A stretch of DNA of 62,152 nucleotides, filler included, from Klebsormidium nitens (taxonomy: Eukaryota > Plantae > Klebsormidiophyceae), in assembly GCA_000708835.1 (NCBI GenBank). It is 7 parts of 7 records of this genome, joined end to end, with 100 filler letters (N's around TTAATTAATTAA, not from the genome) between each part and the next. Parts side by side here need not be neighbours in the genome. Positions count along the whole stretch, not along the records: positions 30,017 to 34,101 come from DF238532.1; positions 34,202 to 40,507 come from DF237801.1; positions 40,608 to 42,634 come from DF238760.1; positions 42,735 to 49,364 come from DF238344.1; 3 more parts are not named here. The stretch is one strand, 5' to 3'. The notes beneath the pieces were generated by a model. The model searched no databases and was not told where the DNA came from. It saw only the letters and a list, made by a program, of their open reading frames with translations. Below are positions 33,930 to 46,000 of the stretch, one piece after another. The number at the start of each line of letters is the position of its first letter. Position 1 is the first letter of the stretch. Made by a program: the position numbers and the translations under genes.

Positions 33930-34084
33930 ACCTGGCGCTGCCGGGGACGAGTCGGAGAGATGGCTCCTAGTCCCAGAAGTATGAGGGGCTTGGTACTAGG
34001 CTAGAGGTAGGAGATAGCACGGTACACAGAAACTGAGTAGGATTACTTAAGTTTCAACCATCGGATCTGTGGCAGACGGAAGTG
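33930..34084 (+). ncRNA. Predicted omegaRNA (scaffold to 34064, guide ~34065-34084)
   Basis: 11-bp bulged hairpin 34029-34055; stems cctagt/actagg (33966-33971 with 33995-34000) and gggac/gtccc (33944-33948 with 33970-33974); gatgg 33959-33963 complementary to ccatc 34058-34062 just before GG. The 5' end may lie inside tnpB. Confidence 0.6.
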
Positions 34085-34254
34085 TAGTCTGTCCATATCA
34101 TNNNNNNNNNNNNNNNNNNNNNNNNNNNNNNNNNNNNNNNNNNNNTTAATTAATTAANNNNNNNNNNNNNNNNNNNNNNNNNNNNNNNNNNNNNNNNNNN
34201 NTGATCCCATTGTATATTATATGCGACTTTTCAGAAGAAAAATATAACAGATTA

Positions 34255-34544
34255 CCGTAGTCCAAGGTAATGATTCCGAATAAATAAATAATTATCTGCA
34301 TTCGGAAAGTCAGAAATTCAAATTTCCCGTTCGGAAAGTGGAGATTCGGAAAGGTAATATAATTCTGGAATGTCCCTAGGAAGCCCCAAAATGGCCAAAA
34401 TACCCCTGAAAATCATCTTCCAAGTGAGAACATAGGGCATTCGGATTGTTGTCGGATTCAGCATAAATAAATCCGCTTTCCTGGTCGGATTGTCGGAAAA
34501 TAATTCGAAATAAAATCGTTCGGAATCATCACGTTGGACTACGG
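34255..34544. mobile_element. 290-bp MITE, Tc1/mariner (pogo/Tc2-like) type
   Basis: 26-bp TIRs ccgtagtccaaggtaatgattccgaa and ttcggaatcatcacgttggactacgg (2 mismatches). TA on both sides (34253-34254, 34545-34546). AT-rich interior with repeated TTCGGA. Confidence 0.85.
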
Positions 34545-35591
34545 TAACAGTACAGGTTGTTCCCTTTTGGGACTTTTAGTAAATATGTATGTATGTTACT
34601 CACATAGGAACAAGAGGCAAAATACCGGCTTTTGTTCCTAAGTGAGTGCCCGGGTGGTCCCAGTCAACCACACTTGGGTTCGTACCGGCTTCCGGAGAAC
34701 TTTCGACCGGGTTGGACCCCTCCACTAGTGACCTGCAGCTTTTCTGGGCCGGGGAGGCTGACATGGCGGCCTGTGAGTGGCCAAAAGTTTAGTCCGAAGT
34801 TCATTTCAATTGGCTTGCTGCCTTAAGAACAAAGTACAGTGCGCGCGCTGTCGACGGACGGTGCCGATTGAATCTTTCGGGCAGTGCTCGGGGATCCCAG
34901 GTCTCTGGGTTAGTGGGATCACGACCGAACCGACGGTCCCAGAACCCGAATGTCCTCGGGTATGGCCGGACCTTCGGACCTTCGAGGGGGGTATGACATG
35001 GCGCGCTCCGGAACTTCAAATGGCTTGCTGTCCCGCAGAGTTTTTGAGCGTCAGCGGAACGGACGGAATTCTCTTCTCTAGCTCCGCTCAGCAACTCTTA
35101 ACTTGGTCGAGAGGGCTTCAGGTAATCCGCCAAAGTCAAGTGCGGCCCATTTTGCTTTCGCTGCCGTCGATCTTCTTTCTGCTCCAATGGCCAAATCGGC
35201 CGGTGCTTAGGGCCTAGCTTACATCAAGGTTACATGGTTACATTGTTGTCGCCAATAATTTTGGCTACACCGGGCACAGCATTCATGCCCGGTAGACAGG
35301 CTGAATGAGCATCGTGACCGTCAATATCAGCTTTCGGCTTCTGAATTGTCATCAACGGTAGCGAAAGAGTTTTGACAACTTTACCAGGCTTAGGCAGGTT
35401 GGAAAAGCTTGACGAGCGAAGCACGTCCGCTTAAAGGGGCTTTGGTGGCTGGTCTGAGGCTATGGGTTCTGCAGTTTTGCTCTCCAAGGTTGCCAAAGCC
35501 AAGGCTGCCATTCTGTGCAGACAGGCAGACAGTGCCCAGTTGATAACCAAGTCAGCTGCTGGGGGGGGCCTTCTGTGCCCCCCCTTTGAGA

Positions 35592-38500
35592 ATGCAAGGT
35601 ACAGGAGCAACTGCAATGCGAAAACGGATAAAGGGTTTTCTGTTAGGGCTGAGAATCGTCCTGAGGCAAAGCCTGCTAGGAGGGCAGCAGCTCAGGACCC
35701 GCTCGCGAGCATCGAGAAAGCAATCTCGTCGAGGATTATAAAGCTGGAAAACGACATTGAGGCGGCTGGAAAGGCAGGCAATCTCGAGCGGCGGGATGTG
35801 CTGGAGAAGAGGTTGGAAAAGCTGCAAGAGCGATGGATGGCGCTGGTGGAGAAAAGCCTGGAGCTGAAGGTGCAGAAAAGCCTGGTGCTGAAGGGAGGGA
35901 CGCTTTCCAGGCCGCCAGGTTTGCCTCTTCTCTAATTGTGCATTCAGACCGTCATTGGCCGAGAATCTCCCTGGAGCGGCCTTTCTGGTGCGTTCAGTAA
36001 ACCAGCGCACAGATACATCAAGGCCGGGGCAGCCAATGTTCTGCTGCGGGGTATTTTCCTCTGTTGCTCGCTGATGTTTTGTTGCTCAATGGGGTTCTGA
36101 TAATCTGCAGACAAGAAGGCTTCATGATGCAGAGAGTCTGGATCAAACCTCGTTTTGCTGCTCATGAAAGCCTTAGCTGCAGTTGGCTCAACCTGGGACT
36201 GCACACGGGGTACTGGCTCGTAGAGCTTTGTTTGTGTGCAGCAGTGGCTGGTCCAGACAGGGGTGAAACTTCGTGGTTGTCTTCATGTGTTGGCATGGCG
36301 TCAGGGCTTGCCAGCATCAGTTCTGGCAAGCCTCTGCATTTGAGGCACCTGGGCTGCTTACATAGAGTGCCCATTCTGGGGAACGTTGTGAGCCGTGATT
36401 TTGGTCCTAAGGCTTTAGGGATTTGCCAAGCAATCCCTTGGGTTCATGGATCTTCAGCGCTTCTCTTGCGGGCTTATGCCAAAACTGCAGATGGAAACTC
36501 TTTATCACGCAGTTGCTTCTACTAATGACCAAAGGCAGTTCAGAGAACGGCTATGTCCAGGGCAGTCACAGTCGCAGTCGCAGTCGCAGTCGCAGGTTGT
36601 CACTGAAAGGAGAACTGTTGCCTCTGTGTGCAGCGAAAGCGCCGCAAGGGCTGAGCAACTTCTGGAAGGCCTTGCCGCGCGCAACATGGTCCGATGACGG
36701 GAAGCTCATGACTCTGGCGGAGGGAACCAGCTTCATGGGATACGAGAAGTTTGGTGACAAGATGTTCATCCGCGAGAGTTACCATGGGATGGATCAGGAG
36801 CTGAAGCGCGTCTTCATCCAGGACGATGGGATCGCGGTGGTGCTTGTTGGAAACCCTGGTGAGCAGGAAGCACGGACACATTTTCTGTTGGTCGACGGTA
36901 GAATGTGCATGGTGTGGAGGTCAAACACTGCAGGTTTGCTGGTCGATTGCCCGGGAAATGGCCTCTGAGATCTGACAAGAATTCCCTCCTGCGCAGGGGT
37001 CGGCAAGTCCATCTATGGGTTCAGGCTCCTCTACCAGTGGTCATGCGAGCAGCGGCGAGTTGTTGTCGTCAAGAGGGGCACCTGCCCCATCCCAACTCTC
37101 CTTACGCCGGATGGGGCGTTCAAACTGGACGCAGCTGGCCTGGAAGCAGAATTGGATGACCCGGACGTCCGGTACGTGGCTCCTTTCATTCTGGTGTGCA
37201 CCTGTTGTATTTGTTCGTCTAGTGAAGCCGGCTGCCATGAATTTCACAAGTGTGGTGTGCTGTGGATTGTGCTTCGGTTGCTCCATCAATAAAGGAGTAC
37301 CCGTGAAGTCGCATCGGATCGATGAACGACCTCAAACTTGCTCGACCCCACCCTTCTTGCAGCTCATCTGGGGAGGACATGCATTCTAAGCCTTGCGCAT
37401 GTACAGCTGAGGGGCGCTGCGTGACCTTTTTCCTTTAAAAGCAGTTCTCACTCTTGCTGGCCACAGGTACCTGGTGGACTCTCTGGACCCGTCCCTCGTC
37501 GGTTCGCTGCCCACTAAAGCGAAGATGGTCGTCATCTCGTCCCCCAACAGAAACGTCTAAGAGGTGAGGCCTGCCGGCAGTCTGCTGTGAACGGCACACC
37601 GGTACTTGCTGAAGCTCAATCTTGCCGGTGCACTTGTTTTGGTGACTTGCCCAATTGGCGGAATCATCCCAACGCATGGAGTTGTGCCCGGTCAAGCCTA
37701 GTCACGCCTTGACAAACCTGTCTGCGTGCTCTACTTCTTGGTGGCAGGAGGTTTGCAAAGGGCCCGGTTACGTCATGCGCTACTTTGACACCTGGTCGCT
37801 GGAGGAGCTGCTGGAGTGCTGGAGCCGCATGTTTGCCTGGCAGTCGCAGGAGGAGGTTCAAGAGCGCTTCTATAGGTATGGCGTCCATCTCTCTGGCAAT
37901 GCAATCGCATTGACCGGCTCTGTGATTTCTGGAAACTCAATCCGGATTGATCAGTTTCGGATTGCCAACAACGGTACCCACGTAATCGTTGAAAGTACCC
38001 ACCCCTGATGTTGACTCCGTCGAAGCTGATAAGTTGGGACGCTTCTAAGATGCCATCGTGGCAGCCAATTGGCAGGATCGACATCCGTGTGCTATCATCG
38101 ACGGTCACAGGTCTGACCGCGGGCCAGGTTGTGTTCTTTTAACCAAGCCCCGGGCTAAGTACGTAGCCACGGGCCACTGCCTCTGTATTTCGAGCTGCTT
38201 AGCCTGTCAGACTCTTGGGTAGGTGATGACATTTTGGTCCCTGGGGACTTTACTCCTATCGGGTACATCGAGCTTCCGTTCGTGCGGAGACCTACACGGC
38301 TCGTCATGCACACTCTGCACGGTTCAAGGGCTCAGGAAGTCCGACGTGGAAAGTTATCGCCGGACGATCCGCCTCACCGGTCCACAGTGTCACCATAGCA
38401 TGTTCGCGCGTAGGTACGACGGTCCCCTCGGCCTCTGCAATAACCAATCCGGAACTGTCTAAAGGCGGAACCAAGTCGTGCATACGCTCTGTGGAGGCCA

Positions 38501-40011
38501 CTCAATCTTGCTTGCAGCCGTTCCTACATCTGCTGTTCCAAAAAATGATGTGCCTTGAGCTCACGGGGTTGCACCCCTTTGCGTCTCGCTAGAAGTCTTG
38601 TCCGCTGTCCGCTCGGTGTGACCACCCCCGTGAAACCCGTCTGTGGAAATCGTCGCTTCTCCAAGCCGAGTATTCACATCGTTCCTTTCTTGGCACTTCG
38701 AAAGAGTCTCATGGTGCTGGGCGTTAATTTTGGGCCCTTTTCTCTCCCCGCCGCCTCTACAGATTACCTGTCTCGGTACCCTTGTCCAATATCCGGGCCC
38801 CAATTCATACCCTGATCATCTGTTTGCCCAATCCCGCCTGGTAACACCCTGCTGGAACCTTCTGGTTGCTTTCGGCCGTTGACGCGAGCCGCTCCGTATG
38901 CATCTGCACTCACATCTTAATCCTCTCGTCCTAAGCCCGGCTCGAAACCCGGATTCTGCACGCTCGCTCTGTATCTGTCTCATTCCGTGGAGTGACTCGG
39001 TTCAGTCACTTTGATAAAACCGTCATCTCGACCCGTTCTCCTGTCGCCCCTCCTGCGACTTCAGCGGTACAGGTTCTGTTTCCGACCTTTGCCTGCAACC
39101 TCGGACGAGTGTCCCGTACTCGAACCCGATGCCAAACCCGCCCCTGACCCATTCTCAAACCCCGTCTCTCACCTGCCTTCATTGCGCGCTCGTTGAACCA
39201 CTTTTCGCGTTACTTCGGTCCGTGCAGATGGGGGGGCGTGCCCCGGTACGTGCTGGAGAAGCTCGACACGACGAACCAAAATCTGCTGGAAAGAGCAATC
39301 GGCCGGACGGATCTCACCGCTCTCAAGCAGGCGGTGGGAGATCCGGAGTCCCCCCAGGCAGCTAGCCACAAGCTGCTTCACCTGAGGGCTAATCCCGATT
39401 TCCAGACGACGTACATGGAGATGGCCTCCCCGTATGTCCAGGAACTGGTGGCGTTCAAACTTTGGGAGAACGAATCGCTGGCCCTGGAACTTTTCCTTAG
39501 CGCGGCGACAGACGATCCGACCGTGGCAGGTTTTCGGGGTAACCTCTTCGAAGGCTTCTGTCACCGAAGGCTGAAAAATGGGGGTACTTTCAGGGTCAGG
39601 GACCTTGCTTCAGGCAGCGTGGACGAGATCGTCCTGCAACCAACAAGAAAAGCCCTTGCCTTTGCAAGCTGGCAGGAAGTGGAAGCGGAGACGGACGATG
39701 AGCGGTATTTCCAGCCGCTGAATAGGCGAACCGCGGCCGTGGACGGGGGGATGCAGCCGGACAAGCTTTTCCAGTTCACGGTGTCCGCCGAGGGGAAGAA
39801 GAACAAGGGGCTGGTATTCGCGAGTTTGAGGGATGCGGTGCGCAGCATGAAGAACAAGTCCGAAGTCAAGCTGTTCTTCGTGTTGCCGCCAGATCAGTTC
39901 TTCGAGGCCAAGGAAGTGAAGATTGCGGGCAGCGGTAAGGGGATGGAAGGAGTAGCGCAAGTCCGGAAGGTTTTGAAGCAGTTCGCGCTCGAAATCAGTT
40001 TCAAGCGGTAA
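35592..40011 (+). pseudogene. Crinkler/RHS-like P-loop NTPase plus restriction-endonuclease-fold protein with one in-frame TAA
   Basis: Exons 35691-35918, 36634-36858, 36997-37171, 37467-37563, 37748-37875, 39228-40011; the start at 35592 is tentative. Walker A GNPG|GVGKS, YLVD, VISSPN, WSLEEL, WGGVPRYV, GNLFEGFCH, AAVDG, LFQFTVS. TAA at 37558-37560. Confidence 0.75.
36563..36595. repeat. (CAGTCG)n microsatellite, intronic
   Basis: cagtca(cagtcg)4cag. Confidence 0.9.
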
Positions 40012-40607
40012 TCGCCAAAACGAGGTTGAGGTTGAGGTGGCTTAGGACCTGGCTATCGCATGTTGCTTTGTGCTAACCAGGAAGCTACTTCATGCTCACC
40101 AGCAGCAGTCACCCTATGGAGAGAAGTGAAAAGGACTGTGGGATTTTTAAATTCTCACAGCGTCCAAGTCTTAGTGGCGGGACTTCTATGATTTGGCTCA
40201 TGGCTCGTGCGATCGCTGGTATCCTAGCCCAATGAATTGTCAGCGCCGATGCGGTCAGTTTGTAGAGGTACAATCGAAATCACTTCATTCAAATGAAAAG
40301 ATGGCAAGCTTTGCAATCGTCGATCATAACCTACTCCTGAGCACGTCATAACCGCCCAGATGCATGCAATCGATAGTTTGACCGGCCACGTTTACTTTCA
40401 CTTCAATCCCGGTCCTACTTCACGTGTCACTTTTAGTCTCTGTCACGTGCTCCAGATATGCGCTCGTGCATGGTTTGCATTTGCATATATGTGGCGGCAT
40501 GACATATNNNNNNNNNNNNNNNNNNNNNNNNNNNNNNNNNNNNNNNNNNNNTTAATTAATTAANNNNNNNNNNNNNNNNNNNNNNNNNNNNNNNNNNNNN
40601 NNNNNNN

Positions 40608-42634
40608 CCGCTTGACGTCGTAGCCGTAGTTTGTCGCAGCCAAGAGCAGCAGGCGCATGTCTTCCTTGAGTTCGCCAAACTCCAGCGTGATGGATTCGAT
40701 ACGAGTCAACCCGGTCGCGTCGTAAAGGTGCGTGACTCGTTCTGTGGCTCTTTGCAAGGTTTGTTCCGGAGCGCCCCGGCAAAGTCGTCTCACGAGTGCC
40801 TGGCACTGTGCGAACGCCTCCTCGAGGCCGGGTGCCCCGATCGTTCCGAATGCGTCCGTGATGCTCGTCGCGCATTCCGATAGGGCAGACGCGGCGCTTC
40901 CTACGTCTGACGTCGAATCCAGCTGAGTGCATCCGAGACGGATGCCGGACTCGCTGATGTTCTCTCGAATGGCGTCCATCCAGACCCCGAATGCCTTCAG
41001 ACGGACCGCGAAGTCTTGGAGGTAGTCCGGAGGGTCCGCGACGATGGCGTTGCACGCGTTCCCATTCGGCGCGCCGGACGTGTCGAATATGATGTTCAAT
41101 GTGGACACGTCGGGGATCGGATCCATGACGACGTCCTTGGTTTCGCAAATTCCTCTGATCGAAGTCTCGAGGCGCCGTATCGCAGGCGCCGTTTCTGGCG
41201 CAAACTCGTTCAAGAGATCCCATTCTGCTCTGACGGGTGCGTCGGGGGCGAAGAGCGAGCACAGCGATTCGGCCTCACCCAAGGACCTGACGTACAGCTG
41301 TAGCGCGACCCTCGTCTTCTGAGAGTCGACCAGTTTTCTAAGTCCGGCGAGGTGCTCCGGATCCCGGGTGACGAGCTCCTCCGCCAATCCTCGAAGTGCC
41401 ATCATGATCTCGGATTCTCCGTCCAACGTCATGCTTTCGACATTCCCTGACTCGCGCAATGCCTTTGACGCGTCCTGCAAGAACTCGATGGAAGTCGAGT
41501 CGGCGATGGAGCTGACGAAAGTCCGCGAATTCATGTACAGTCCGCTGAACCTGGCGAACTCGCCGGCCTGCTCCCGTCCGAATACTCGGGAAACGTCGTC
41601 GGTTCTCAGGAATCGGGAGTCGCGTGTGGTGATGTATTGGAAGCTATCTTCGTAGAGTAAGAGAGCATCGTCGCAGGCTTCTTTCACCGCCGTCAGAAAC
41701 TCGGCGAAGGACTCCGCTTCCGGCCATCTCGGCGGGGGCGTGACGAGAGGGAACTTCGTTCGTGGGTTGCTGTGCTGGAGTAAGAATTCACCATCTGCCG
41801 AGATCCGATATAAGGCCCCTCGATCGGCTTCGCCGGCGTCGGGTGGTCGTTTCTCGAGTTCGGTCAGGGCGAAGAGGGGCGTCATGCGATGCGAGAGGAG
41901 CGTTATGATCTCTCTTGCGAAGGACCCACTCGTCATACTCTCGATGTGATGATTCACTCCATCGAAGTCGACGTTCATTTCCCCCAGAGCACGGACGGCC
42001 TTTGTAGCACAGAAGAGGTCATTCAGGAGTGCGTAGAACTTGAATGCCTTTTCGAGAGTTTGAATGTCCGCACATCCGTTCGCCGCGCTCGTTCTCTCTT
42101 TCTCCAGTCTGGACAATTGGGATCGGATCAGGTCGAACAGGGAGTCGACGTCCTTCCCGGTCATCGGATTCTGTGCCGCAGACGTCTGTTCGGCAAAGAT
42201 CCCTACGTAATCGCCCAAGAGGTCGGCGCGAGGAGTCGTGCGTATTTCTTTGGCGGTCTCGATGACTTGCGCGAGTTTTCGACACCGCTCGAAATAGAGT
42301 GGGTCATTGCGTGCGAGGTCCACCGCCAGGTTCCGGAACGTGGTGTCGTCGTCAGCGGTCCGATTGATCTTAGGCGGTCTCATCATATTTTCGGTTTCTT
42401 TGAGAGCCTCCGCTGCGAGTTCCAGGAACCTGGCTGGTTGGTCTACGACGGCTTTCGCAAAGTCCCTGGGCAGAGAGGATCGATAAACCACCCCTTCGAA
42501 CGTCCGCGCCGCCCCCTCTCCGAACGTCGCTGTCACTCTCCCCCTGTCCGCTCTTCCAGAGTCGCGTAGAACGTCTAATATGCTGTTCGCATACAAGTCG
42601 GGTGCTTCTCCAGAAGCATCCCTGACTCTCCCGA
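40608..42634 (-). CDS. Intronless ~675-aa partial ORF filling a whole contig, unknown function
   Basis: One frame is open across the 2027-bp contig and runs off both ends. Looks mostly helical; no motif recognised. Confidence 0.7.
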
Positions 42635-43025
42635 NNNNNNNNNNNNNNNNNNNNNNNNNNNNNNNNNNNNNNNNNNNNTTAATTAATTAANNNNNNNNNN
42701 NNNNNNNNNNNNNNNNNNNNNNNNNNNNNNNNNNGCCTAGCTGCCAGATCAGAAAGGTCACGCAACCTCTAGCTTGCAACCATTCTTCGCAGGGGCTGTT
42801 TCTAAAGATTGTCCCCTGTAAAGGTTCAGAAGGCGGCGCGTGGTGAGAACCATAGCATGGTATCCTTATCATTACCACTCTGAACGTCGCCGGATGACCC
42901 AATTTCTGACCTCAGGATTCCTCAGGATGGACCACAGCTCATCTTCGTGACATCAGAAGTCTCGCCCATAATTTGGCATGAATCACAGGTTCTTTCTAGA
43001 GGTTCTGTAGAGGTGGTGGCTCGCA

Positions 43026-46000
43026 ATGGCGTCCTCTCTCCGCTGTAGCATGCAGCCCTGCATATTCCTAAACAGGGCTTTGCTGGATGCCGGAACCGAC
43101 ACCACCTCTCATCATGGGGTTTTGCCGCTCACGGGCCCATCAAAAGTGACCAGGTTTGGTCTGGCGCAGTGGAGGGTGCACAAAGCAACCGCAGAATTCT
43201 CGGAAAGAGCAGATATTTTTCAAAGTCGGCGGATGGACTGGGGGAGTGCAGGCGTCCTTTGCATCGTTCGGAGAGGTGGTGAGTGCCTGGCACAATGAGA
43301 GACTCTTGTTGCTCCCGGTTTGAGCTGTGTGGTGCTTTGCTATCCCGGCAGTCATTACAAGGTCTGAGTTGTAATAAGTTTTCAGCAGGTCTGCCACTCA
43401 GTGGATCTACGCGTGAACATTCGCCCTTTGCTTTCCTACTGTTCTGCCACTATTTGTCTCTTTGAGAGGAGGCTCCGCAGAGTGCTACCACACAAGGCTT
43501 CATTTACCCAGTTGAGCGTTTTGTCAGGCTTGAAAATGTTGCTATGGTCTTCTGCACCTGCAAACCAAACAAACCTTTCTTTGGTGCATTCAGCTGACTT
43601 TGGACGGACTCTACTCTTGCAGTCCGCTCCCAATCAACAACGGCAGGCAAGCCCAGAACTTCAGTGCAGCTCAGAGCCTTCACCTCCAGGAGCACTGACG
43701 GCGCCAGCACATCGAACCCTGCTCCAAGGCACGCTTCCTCTGCACCCAACCACCCCGTACAGCCTGCCCAAGGCAGTGCTCAAAGAAAGGTACCCGACGG
43801 CCATTCGAACACAGTGCTAAGGCCCCAGAAGGATGCTTTTACAACTAGAAGTGGCAAGCCTTTAATGGATGAGCTGGGAGGGACCGTGCCAGCGGATGAA
43901 GAAGACGTGTTGGATGCTTGGCGTTCCGAGATTCTCGGAGAGAGCACCAAAGCTGGGGGCTCTGCTGCTACGAACAGGGGGGTTCAGTCGGTCAGCACGC
44001 CGGGGGAGTCCGGCGCGATGGGAGGAGGAGGCGCTTCTGGAGATGAGGGATCAGGGAAAAGGGAAACGAGGGAGAATGTGGCAGGGGTTAGCGGGGTGCA
44101 ATCTGGGGGCTCAGATGCGTCTGACGCTTTTCAACGAAAGACGGCGCTGGCAGCCCGGCTACTGGGGCTGAACGACCCCGCTGACATCAGCGTCCCGTCA
44201 GGCCCCCCGGCCAGGGAGGTCCTCGCAGGCCTAAAGAACCCTCCCTGGAAAGCGGAGGGGAGCAGTAGCGGCGAGTCTGGGTCGGCAGAAGGGGAAGGCC
44301 CTGTTTTAAGCGAGGGCGACCGGTGGCGGCAGGAGCGGCTGCAGCAGTACCTCGAAAACAAGGCCCGGGTGCAGGCCAGTCGGGCAGCTGAAAGTAGCGG
44401 ACGAGGAGTTGCGGCATACCCCCGGAAAGACATGGGGAGGGTGCGGAAGAGTCGCGGGATGGAGGGGCCGGGCCTCGAGCGCAAGCACAGCCGGCCGGGG
44501 TACATCCCACTCGCCCGAGCAGCGATGTTTACGCAGTTCAACAGCGAGGTGCACGAGGCAATCAAACAGGCGGTCGGTGCTGGGGAGGGGCGAGCAGAGG
44601 TAGAAGAAGAGGCTCGTTCCCAGGCAGCGGAGTCTGGGTTGGCAGAACCGAAAGCTGAGGACGGCGCTAGTATAGAGGCTGAAGAGCAGGGTTCTTCAGC
44701 ATTTGAGAAAGCTGGGGCGTCCGAAGGGTCCGAAACGGTGGTGTCCGAAGAGCAGGTCGCAGCAATGGGTCCGAATCTGCTCAAGTCGGCTCTCGCTGCG
44801 GGCTCTGTCTCCGAATTGCAAGAGCTGATTCGTGCTCACGAGGAGGCGACTTCGGACGTTTTGGACGCGGACACCGGGTCGATGCTCGTCCGCGAGCTAA
44901 GCTGGGCCAGGCGTCCGGAGCTGGCGGAGGCCGTCTTCCGGACACTGTGCGCCGTCGGGAACGAGCCGAGCGCGCGCGCATGCGCCGCTCTAGTTGCCGC
45001 CGCGCACAGGAGTGAAGACTTCCGGATGACGCTGCGCGTGTTTTCGGCTGCTCGGGTGCGGGAGATCGTGCCGGACCGGGCCACGTGCATGGCGGCGCTC
45101 GCGGCGTGTCACCGCCTTGGCCGGTGGCGGGAAGCGAAGGCAATCTTTTCGGACATGCTCCGGACGGGCCTCGAGCCGGACACGCTCGCTTATAACGCCC
45201 TGCTTATGGTGCTCGGGGGGCAGCGGCAGGCGGCGGAAGTGCAGGCCGTCTGGGTCTCGATGCAGGCGCGGGGCGTGCGGCCGAACTCGCAGACGTACGG
45301 GCTGCTCATCTCGACGTTCACGAAAGCGGAGCTTGCGGAAAACGCGCTTGAAATCTACGAGCGGCTGACGAAGGAGGGGCTCCAACCGTCGGCCCTCATG
45401 TACGAGGGGCTCGTCGTGCTGCTGTGCCGAAACAAGCGGGATCGCATGGCCCTGAACTTCTACCAGGAGATGCGGCTCGCGGGGTGCGTTCTGAGAGCGC
45501 GCGGGTGCGCCGTCCTGCTGTCGGCGCTCGCGAAGGGCTGGGTCCTCGACTGGGAGTCGGCGCTGGAAGTGTACACCAACATGAAGAGCGACAAGGTCCA
45601 GCTGGACGTGCACCACATGACGGCCCTCCTAAAGGTTCTCGCGCTCAGCAGGCAGACCGAGGCCGCCCTGGAAACCTGGAAGGAGTTCCTCGCGGCCGGC
45701 GTCGCGCCCGACCGCGCGTGCTACAACTCGGTCATCGGCGTCCTGCGCGTGGTGCACGACTACGACCGTGCAATGGACTTCTTCTGGGAGATGAAGGACA
45801 GGGGGATCCCCCCGGACCAGGAGACGTACGGAAACTTGCTGTGGGCGTGTTCGGAACCGGGGCTGTACAAGACGGCGTTGAAGCTGTTCGAAGATATGAA
45901 GGCCGGGGGTGTGCCGCCGAACACGCACGCGTTCACGGCGCTCTTTACGGTGATGGGGCGCGCGGGGGAGTGGCAAACGGCGCTGGAGCTCTGGAAGGTA

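Larger units (their letters stand above)
31517..34064 (+). mobile_element. IS607-family element carrying serine recombinase TnpA and Fanzor2/TnpB
   Basis: Canonical tnpA-tnpB order. Right end inferred at the GG of 34063-34064 from RNA structure. Left end uncertain: after GG 31515-31516 or GG 31530-31531. Confidence 0.85.

Noticed and set aside
34071-34093. Hairpin ggcagac/gtctgtc as part of the omegaRNA scaffold
   Set aside because: It lies beyond the pseudoknot/GG boundary, so it is treated as flank; it would need revisiting if multi-copy alignment moves the right end.
37990-38550. LTR-like sequence in the long Crinkler intron, and similar stretches at 1100-1500 and 61450-62152
   Set aside because: No paired LTRs, PBS/PPT, TIRs or TSDs could be identified by eye.
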